A stretch of DNA of 40,351 nt, from positions 1-40,351 of the IMG/VR virus record IMGVR_UViG_3300037565_000137. One strand, written 5' to 3'. Position numbers and translations under genes: made by a program. The notes beneath the pieces were generated by a model. The model saw only the letters and a list, made by a program, of their open reading frames with translations, was not told where the DNA came from and made no database searches. Source of the stretch: a virus (Duplodnaviria; Caudoviricetes). This document shows, one piece after another, positions 34,326-40,351 of the stretch. The number at the start of each line of letters is the position of its first letter. The stretch's first letter is position 1.

Positions 34326-34619
34326 ATGGCAAACGACCTCGACGACCTGAACACGCACCTGTTTGACGCCATGCGCCGCCTCAACAGCGACACCATGAAA
34401 CCCGACGACATCGAGGCCGAGGCGAAACGCGCCGCGGCCGTCGTGGATCTGGCCGACCAGATCATCGAGGGGCAGAAGCTACGCCTCAACGCGGCGCGCC
34501 TCTTTGCCGAGCATGGCCGCGCCGTCCTGCCCATGCTGCCGCGCATCGGCGGCGGCAGCGGCGCGGGCCAGCCCTCGACCGCAGGCGCGATCGCACAGGA
34601 CCGGGACGCGGGGGAATGA
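34326..34619 (+). CDS. Conserved phage hypothetical protein
   Basis: N-x-L-x-DLN-x-HLF...RL...EAKRAAAV..LADQII; GGAG RBS; this family is often found next to HNH genes. Confidence 0.7.
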   Translation: MANDLDDLNTHLFDAMRRLNSDTMKPDDIEAEAKRAAAVVDLADQIIEGQKLRLNAARLFAEHGRAVLPMLPRIGGGSGAGQPSTAGAIAQDRDAGE

Positions 34620-35260
34620 AGGGCCGCGCGATCCGCTACACCGACGACGAGCTCGCCTGGATCGAGGCACACGCCCACCTGCCCAGGCGCGAGATGCACG
34701 CGCGGTTCGTCGCGCGCTTCGACCGGCCGGTGATCAGCCAGGCCAACCTTGCGTCGCTCTGCAAGCGCAAGGGCTGGCTTACGGGCCGCACCGGGCGGTT
34801 CCAGGCCGGGCAGCCCAGCTGGAACAAGGGGCGCGAGATGCCTTCGCACCCCAACTCCCGACGCACCCAATTCAAACCCGGCGGCGTGCCGCACACCTTT
34901 CGCGGGCCGGGCCACGAGTCGATCTGCAAGGACGGCTATGTCTGGATCATCGTGGCCGAGCGCAACCCCCACACCGGAGCCGCCACCCGCCGCGTGATGA
35001 AGCACCGCCGCCTCTGGGAGCAGCGCCACGGCCCGCTGCCCGAGGGCCATTGCCTAAAATGCCTGGACGGCGACAAGACGAACACCGACCCCGAGAACTG
35101 GGCCTGCGTGCCCCGCGCCCTGCTGCCCCGCCTCAACGGCCGCTTCGGGCGCGATTACGACAGCGCCCCGGCCGAGCTCAAGCCCCTCATCCTGCAGATC
35201 GCCCGCTTGGAACACGCCGCCCGCACGCGCCGCCAGGCCAAAACGAGGAAGGCGAAATGA
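34616..35260 (+). CDS. HNH endonuclease-domain protein
   Basis: GRF-x-x-G-x-x-SWNKG, TQFKPG, DGY, KHRRLWEQRHGPLPEGH..DGDKTN..PEN. Confidence 0.85.
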   Translation: MKGRAIRYTDDELAWIEAHAHLPRREMHARFVARFDRPVISQANLASLCKRKGWLTGRTGRFQAGQPSWNKGREMPSHPNSRRTQFKPGGVPHTFRGPGHESICKDGYVWIIVAERNPHTGAATRRVMKHRRLWEQRHGPLPEGHCLKCLDGDKTNTDPENWACVPRALLPRLNGRFGRDYDSAPAELKPLILQIARLEHAARTRRQAKTRKAK

Positions 35261-35526
35261 GCGACGAATACGAATGGGGGCCGTGGATGCAACACGCCCA
35301 AGGCGCTCAGCCCGTTCCCAACGGAACGATGGTGCAGGCCGAAATGGGCTACATCGACAGTGGAGACTTCATAGGCCCACTGCGGGCTGAAGATTTCGAT
35401 TGGTGTTGCTACGGCGACCCTATCGCAGCCTACCGCGTCCGCAAGCCCCGCGCCCTGCGCCAACTCCGCGAACTGGTCGAGAACCTGCCCGCGCCTGAGC
35501 GGGAGCGCGAACGGGACGCCACCTAA
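35257..35526 (+). CDS. Hypothetical protein
   Basis: EWGPW-x-x-H...PVP-x-G...I-x-AYRVRKPRAL; AGGAAGG RBS. Confidence 0.7.
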   Translation: MSDEYEWGPWMQHAQGAQPVPNGTMVQAEMGYIDSGDFIGPLRAEDFDWCCYGDPIAAYRVRKPRALRQLRELVENLPAPERERERDAT

Positions 35527-35602
35527 TGCGCCTGCACCTCCATCGCCCCTGCCGCTTGGCCCTCGGGACCGCGCCGCACATCGGCTACCGGCGGATAGCG
35601 CC

Positions 35603-36412
35603 ATGACGGGCCGTATTGTCTCATGGTTTTCTTGCGGCATTCCGAGCGCCGTCGCGACGAAGTTGGCCATCGCCAGCGGTGCAGATGTGACGATCTACAA
35701 CTGCGAACTCAAGGAGGAACACCCCGACAATAAACGGTTTCTGAAAGACTGCGAAGAATGGTTCGGGCAAGAGATTATTCAAGTCGGCAATGATGAATAT
35801 GGCCGGTCTGCTGATAGAGTGTTTCGGGACACGCGCTTTCTCGTAGGACCAAAAGGTGCGCGATGCACGGCAGAATTAAAGAAAGCCGTTCGGTGGGAAT
35901 ATGGAAGGCCAGACGATGTAATCGTGATGGGCTACACGTCAGAAGAAAAACACCGTGTTGATCGACTGCTAAAATCAGAACCACTTTTGCAGATGTGGCC
36001 AATTCTGATCGACCGCGACATGAGCCGAGAAGATTGCATGGCAGTTTTCGCCCGCACAGGAATTGAACTGCCCGAGATGTATCGGTTGGGCTACCGAAAC
36101 AATAACTGCATAGGCTGTGTAAAAGGTCAGGCTGGGTATTGGAATAAGATACGCCGCGACTTTCCAGACCGATTTTCGGAAATGGCCCGCATTGAGCGCG
36201 AGTTAGGACGGCAAATCTGCAAGCGCGAGTGGAATGATGATAACGGGCAGCGCCAATTAGAGCGCATTTATCTTGATGAGTTGCCGCCCGACCTCGGCTC
36301 TTACGAAGCCGAGCCAGAAGCGCAGTGCGGAATATTCTGCATGTTGGCTGAGGCGGACATAGATAGCGCAGATCGGCCCGGTGGTGGTGATGTGGGGGCG
36401 GATGACGAGTGA
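35603..36412 (+). CDS. PAPS-reductase-like PP-loop protein with an Fe-S Cys cluster
   Basis: VSWFSCGIPSA, EEHPDN, CTAELKK, GYTSEE..R, MYRLGYRNNNCIGCVK and CGIFC. Confidence 0.8.
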   Translation: MTGRIVSWFSCGIPSAVATKLAIASGADVTIYNCELKEEHPDNKRFLKDCEEWFGQEIIQVGNDEYGRSADRVFRDTRFLVGPKGARCTAELKKAVRWEYGRPDDVIVMGYTSEEKHRVDRLLKSEPLLQMWPILIDRDMSREDCMAVFARTGIELPEMYRLGYRNNNCIGCVKGQAGYWNKIRRDFPDRFSEMARIERELGRQICKREWNDDNGQRQLERIYLDELPPDLGSYEAEPEAQCGIFCMLAEADIDSADRPGGGDVGADDE

Positions 36413-36438
36413 CGAAATCAAGGAATGGGAAAGGAACG

Positions 36439-36746
36439 GGAATGACTGACGAGACAGACATGAGCCGCGAGGCGTGGATTGAAGATGCCTGCAAAATCTT
36501 TGACGATCACGCTGAAAGCCTTGGTTGGAGCAGGCATATCTATTCGGATCACCTCCGCGCCCTTCTCGCCCGCATTGAGCGCCTAAATAGGCTGGTCGAG
36601 ATCGGCGACGTGCGCTGTGAGCAATGCGCCGCCCCGGCAACCACGCTCGACGGATACGGAGACCCGGCGTGCGAAGCGTGCTGCGATGCAGGGCCGGATA
36701 TGGAGGACACGGAATGACTGACGAGACAGACATGAGCCGCGAGGCG
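36439..36746 (+). repeat. Identical 36-bp direct repeat at two consecutive gene starts (36439-36474, 36711-36746)
   Basis: GGAATGACTGACGAGACAGACATGAGCCGCGAGGCG x2; both genes begin MTDETDMSREA. Confidence 0.95.
36442..36717 (+). CDS. Hypothetical protein with C-terminal C-x2-C motifs
   Basis: AAGGA RBS; CEQC...CEACC. Confidence 0.65.
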   Translation: MTDETDMSREAWIEDACKIFDDHAESLGWSRHIYSDHLRALLARIERLNRLVEIGDVRCEQCAAPATTLDGYGDPACEACCDAGPDMEDTE

Positions 36747-37697
36747 GTGCTGGCGCACCTTGACCTCGATCAGAACCACGAGGCCGGGCTGATACCAGAA
36801 GCCACTCAGGCGATGATCCGCGCCGTCGCCGCCCGCCTGGACGAGCTGGAGGCAGATCACCGCCTTTCAATCGGAAAGGTCTACGCAGAGCGCGCCCGCG
36901 CCGAGGCCGCAGAGGCGTCAGACGCGGAAAGCATCGCGATGTATCGCAGGGCGCGTGACCGAGCCGAGGCCGCAGATGCGGAATTGCACAACGAGCGCGC
37001 CCGCGTCCTGGCGCTCGAAAGCGAGGTGGCCGCGCTCACTGAAACCCACAGGTCCGACATGGAGTCGGGGGCTGCGCTGGACGCCAAGGTGACGGCGGCG
37101 CGGGAGGCTATCCTTTGGGCGCTTGGTGAGACCGAAGAGTTCCCCGCAAGGGAGAGCGGAGACGGCGCATTTTGGTGGAGAAACGAGTTGCGTCGGCGCG
37201 CCTCGACCCTTCTCGACGCAGACGCCCCCGCCCGCCCCGCGCCTGTGACGGATCGCGGCAAGATGGTGCGGCCTGTCGAGGGACAGACGATGTGCGGCGG
37301 GTATCCGACAGGCGGCATGTATGGCGAATACACCCCAATCACAGTGCGCTCGGAGTCGATCCCGGATAACGAGCCCGCCCGCCCCGAGCCTGTGACGGTG
37401 GAGGATGGTGTTTCTGCTATTGCTGCCGAGCGCCAGCGCCAGAAGGACGTGGAAGGCTGGACGCCAGAGCACGACGACAGACATGACCGCGACGAGCTTT
37501 CAGCGGCAGCGGCGTGCTACGCCTATTTTGGCTGGGTGCGCCCCTCGTCTGGGGCGGCACCTACTGAATGGCCGTGGGATGATGGTTGGTGGAAGCCGAA
37601 AAGCCGCCGGGCTGACCTTGTTCGCGCCGGGGCGCTAATAGCCGCTGAGATCGACCGGCTGGATCGCGCTCTGGCAGGGGAGAAGGGTGATGGGTGA
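36714..37697 (+). CDS. Modular ead/Ea22-like protein
   Basis: Coiled-coil repeats (RAEAAE) plus the common phage C-terminal domain AERQRQ..EGWTPEHDD..ELSAAAACY..WPW..WWKP..RRADLVRAGALIAAEIDRLDR. Confidence 0.75.
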   Translation: MTDETDMSREAVLAHLDLDQNHEAGLIPEATQAMIRAVAARLDELEADHRLSIGKVYAERARAEAAEASDAESIAMYRRARDRAEAADAELHNERARVLALESEVAALTETHRSDMESGAALDAKVTAAREAILWALGETEEFPARESGDGAFWWRNELRRRASTLLDADAPARPAPVTDRGKMVRPVEGQTMCGGYPTGGMYGEYTPITVRSESIPDNEPARPEPVTVEDGVSAIAAERQRQKDVEGWTPEHDDRHDRDELSAAAACYAYFGWVRPSSGAAPTEWPWDDGWWKPKSRRADLVRAGALIAAEIDRLDRALAGEKGDG

Positions 37698-38145
37698 AGA
37701 TACCGAGCGCGAAATTGAATGGCCGCGCGAAATCTGGCTGGAAGAACTGGACGAGCACCACAACGGCAGGGGGTATGTCGTTCTCTCGCAAGCTGCAACG
37801 ATCATGCGCCACGAGGGCGACCTTTCGCGTGACTGCGAATTTCAGCGGTATGTTGATGGCGACATTCACGAAAGCGCCGAGAAATACTGGCAATCCCGGA
37901 TTGAGGCGCTGACCGCCGAGCGAGACGCCGCCTACCTCGCAGGCGTGAAGGCGGGGCTGAAAGCGGCGGGGGAAATGGCAAAAGACACGCAGCCGATCAT
38001 TTGCGCGGTTTGTGGGCTTTCTCGGGCACTACCCCACCACAATCACGGTTTTGTCCCGGCAACGCTGGTAGACGTGGCAAGCAACATCCGCGCCCTCGAC
38101 CCCGTCGCCATCGCACGGGCGGCGCAGAAGGAAGGGGGTGAGTGA
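37690..38145 (+). CDS. Hypothetical protein
   Basis: Overlaps the upstream gene end; WPREIW, IEALTAERD, CAVC..HH. Confidence 0.6.
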   Translation: MGEDTEREIEWPREIWLEELDEHHNGRGYVVLSQAATIMRHEGDLSRDCEFQRYVDGDIHESAEKYWQSRIEALTAERDAAYLAGVKAGLKAAGEMAKDTQPIICAVCGLSRALPHHNHGFVPATLVDVASNIRALDPVAIARAAQKEGGE

Positions 38146-38507
38146 TGAGCGTTGAAGAGATTAACCGAGGTAAGCGCGAAACCCGCAAGCCGCACCAATG
38201 CTATGACTGCTATACTATCATCCCGAAAGGCACTGAGGCCGCGTTTTTCACCGGCAAAATGGATGGTCGCGTTTATACCCTGTATTTTCACCAAGATTGT
38301 CAGAGGGCGGGAGATTTCTACAGAGCCGATCTGGATTGGCGCGACTATTGGGATGGGGTGCCTCCGCTGATGGACGAAATCAATGATACTGGAGAAGCGG
38401 AGTCCGAGCATGCACGCCTACGTGGACACTTTCCGCATGTCGTCTGCCGCCTTGAGCTTCACGAACAAAAGTCAGGGATTCGGCTCGGAGAAACGCCATG
38501 TTCCTAA
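38145..38507 (+). CDS. Hypothetical Zn-binding protein
   Basis: RKPHQCYDC...IPKG...H-x-DC. Confidence 0.65.
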   Translation: MSVEEINRGKRETRKPHQCYDCYTIIPKGTEAAFFTGKMDGRVYTLYFHQDCQRAGDFYRADLDWRDYWDGVPPLMDEINDTGEAESEHARLRGHFPHVVCRLELHEQKSGIRLGETPCS

Positions 38508-38668
38508 TGCCCGCCCCCACCTGCCCGGACTGCCACGGCACCGGCACGATCAGCCGCCCCTATCTGAGCGGCCTGACAGACGAAAAGACCGGCGAGGAAT
38601 ACGACCTGCATACCGTGACGCCGTGCGGGTGCGGGGAGAAGCAAGAGACAGAAGGAGGGGCGCCGTGA
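38507..38668 (+). CDS. Small Zn-ribbon protein (53 aa)
   Basis: Read manually: MPAPTCPDCHGTGTISRPY...TPCGC; TAATG- and GTGA-coupled. Confidence 0.55.
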   Translation: MPAPTCPDCHGTGTISRPYLSGLTDEKTGEEYDLHTVTPCGCGEKQETEGGAP

Positions 38669-39168
38669 AACCGCTACCTGACAAGGCACTATCCATTCGC
38701 CAGCCGTGGGCATGGGCCATTCTCTTCGCAGGGAAGGACATCGAGAATCGCTCGTGGCAAGCTGTCAACCATGGCCTCAATCAGCGAGGCAGGATTGCTA
38801 TCCACGCCTCATCTGGCCTTGGGAGGCAAGAGTATGCAGACGTGGTGGCCCTCATGGCCGTCATGGGTGTGATTTGCCCACCAGCCATCGAATTGCTGCG
38901 CGGCGGAATTGTCGGGTCTGTCGAGATTGTCGATGTGGTCAAGCGAAGCGATAGCCCGTGGTTTTTTGGCCCGCGCGGTCTTGTGCTGCGGAATCCTGAG
39001 CCCTGCGATTTTATTCCGGTGAAAGGCTGCCTAGGCTTTTTTAACTGGCGCGATCATCTAACCGATGATGTTCCGCAGCCCGCGCCATGGATGAAGCAAA
39101 CCGCAAAGCCGAAGCGAGCGCCCACCCCTGAAATGGCCTCTGGCGACCTTTTCGCCCCGAAGGACTGA
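38665..39168 (+). CDS. ASCH-domain protein
   Basis: KALSIRQPWAWAILFAGKDIENRSW...RGRIAIHAS...GGIVGSVEIVD...PWFFGP; AGGAGG RBS. Confidence 0.88.
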   Translation: MKPLPDKALSIRQPWAWAILFAGKDIENRSWQAVNHGLNQRGRIAIHASSGLGRQEYADVVALMAVMGVICPPAIELLRGGIVGSVEIVDVVKRSDSPWFFGPRGLVLRNPEPCDFIPVKGCLGFFNWRDHLTDDVPQPAPWMKQTAKPKRAPTPEMASGDLFAPKD

Positions 39169-39170
39169 CC

Positions 39171-39485
39171 ATGCCCGCCGCCCGCCACCTCGCAACACCG
39201 CCGCCGCTCACGCCCGACATGCTGGCCGAGCGGTGGCATTGCAGCGCTGAGACCATACGCCAGATGGTCAAGGCGGGGGACTTGCGCGGCTTCCGGGTCG
39301 GGCGCATGATCCGAATCCCGGTGGACGCGGTGGAGGAATACGAATGCCAGACCTCACAATCGGACGGCTCAGGGGCGGATATTCCGTGTCATGGACAGAC
39401 CCCGAGACCGGAAAACGGCGGCGCTATCAGCTTGCGGCACGCAGCCGAAAGGAAGCGGAATCAGAGGCGCGCGACCGATATGTAA
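39171..39485 (+). CDS. xis: Excisionase-like HTH_17 protein
   Basis: LTPDMLAERWHCSAETIRQMVKAGDLRGFRVGRMIRIP; immediately upstream of and overlapping the integrase gene. Confidence 0.8.
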   Translation: MPAARHLATPPPLTPDMLAERWHCSAETIRQMVKAGDLRGFRVGRMIRIPVDAVEEYECQTSQSDGSGADIPCHGQTPRPENGGAISLRHAAERKRNQRRATDM

Positions 39486-40351
39486 GGGAGACCAAGCCGC
39501 GCGGGCCGCTGACCTGTAAGGCGATCTGGGCCGCCTATATCGACCACCTCGGCGCAAAGCCCACGGCCAAGACGATGCGATACACCGGGCGCGCGGTGCT
39601 GGCCCATTTCGGCGCGCTGCGCCCCGACCAGATCACGACCGAGGATTGCCGCGACTATGCTGCCGCCAGGATTACCGCCGGTCGCAGGATAGGCTCGATC
39701 CACACCGAACTCGGGCACCTGCGGAGCGCCCTACGCTGGGCCGCCAAACACCGCCTGATCGGCCATTGCCCTCACATCGAAATGCCACCAAAGCCCGATA
39801 GCGACGTGCAGCCCCTTTCGGACGCTGAGATACGGGCGCTGCTGGACGGGTGTCGTGCGCCGCATGTCAGGCTCGCCGTGATCCTGCTGCTGGCCACGGG
39901 CGCGCGCGTCGGGGCCGTGCTTGATCTGACGTGGGATCGCGTGGACTTTGAGCGCGGCGTGATCGACCTGCGCCTGCCGGATGGCCTGACGCGCAAGGGC
40001 CGCGCTGTGGTGCCCATGAACCGCATGGCCCGCGCGGCGCTGGAAAGCGCCGTTGAGGCGCGGCTGACAGATCATGTCGTGGAGTGGGGAGGGAAGCGGG
40101 TGCGCTCGATCCGCAACGGCTACCGGGCCGCGCTAGAGCGCGCTGGAATGCAGGGTATACACATTCACCAGATACGGCATTCGGTTGCCGTGCGGATGCT
40201 TGCCGCAGGGCAGAGCATCGAGGCGGTGGCGCAATATCTCGGCCACTCGAACACCGCGATCACGTATCGGACCTATGCCCGGTTTTTGCCGGAGCATCTG
40301 TCGGATGCGGCGGAAATCTTGAACTTTGACAACGTAAGGAAGGCGAAATGA
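39344..40351 (+). CDS. int: Tyrosine integrase
   Basis: Arm-binding-like N-terminus; catalytic TGAR, K, HQIRH, LGH and TY; GGAGG RBS. Confidence 0.95.
   Translation: MPDLTIGRLRGGYSVSWTDPETGKRRRYQLAARSRKEAESEARDRYVRETKPRGPLTCKAIWAAYIDHLGAKPTAKTMRYTGRAVLAHFGALRPDQITTEDCRDYAAARITAGRRIGSIHTELGHLRSALRWAAKHRLIGHCPHIEMPPKPDSDVQPLSDAEIRALLDGCRAPHVRLAVILLLATGARVGAVLDLTWDRVDFERGVIDLRLPDGLTRKGRAVVPMNRMARAALESAVEARLTDHVVEWGGKRVRSIRNGYRAALERAGMQGIHIHQIRHSVAVRMLAAGQSIEAVAQYLGHSNTAITYRTYARFLPEHLSDAAEILNFDNVRKAK

Larger units (their letters stand above)
1..40351. mobile_element. Temperate siphovirus prophage (lambda-like cos packaging), probably alphaproteobacterial; att sites not within or not recognisable in the window
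   Basis: Contiguous lysis, tail, head, packaging, replication, immunity and xis/int modules with translationally coupled genes; no host housekeeping genes seen. Confidence 0.95.

Overview
The window is an apparently complete, intact ~40 kb temperate siphovirus prophage with a lambda-like cos-packaging head. High GC, a GapR/DUF2312 homologue, a DUF6456-like regulator and a CCUCCUCCC RNA point to an alphaproteobacterial, probably Rhodobacteraceae, host (inference). Order on the minus strand, reading right to left: cro, a CII-like gene, several HTH genes, a D5-type helicase with an iteron origin, a late regulator, tRNA-Met, cos, terminase, portal, protease-capsid fusion, tail genes and lysis genes. 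On the plus strand: the repressor, an early accessory operon (GapR-like, beta clamp, HNH, PAPS-reductase-like, ead-like, ASCH), xis and a tyrosine integrase ending at the last base. No att sites are visible. Most notable non-standard signals: (1) a solitary type I-C-like CRISPR repeat plus a 38-nt spacer-like stretch and a UUCG hairpin, lying between a small acidic ORF and an HTH gene (candidate RNA anti-CRISPR/acr-aca-like locus); (2) a two-hairpin CCUCCUCCC ('cuckoo'/CcsR-like) anti-Shine-Dalgarno sRNA and an adjacent structured ~330-nt non-coding region; (3) an XRE-like HTH module with its own RBS inserted in frame in the protease-capsid polyprotein; (4) a fully readable switch, cos site and origin. 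All family calls come from motif recognition by eye; no searches were run.
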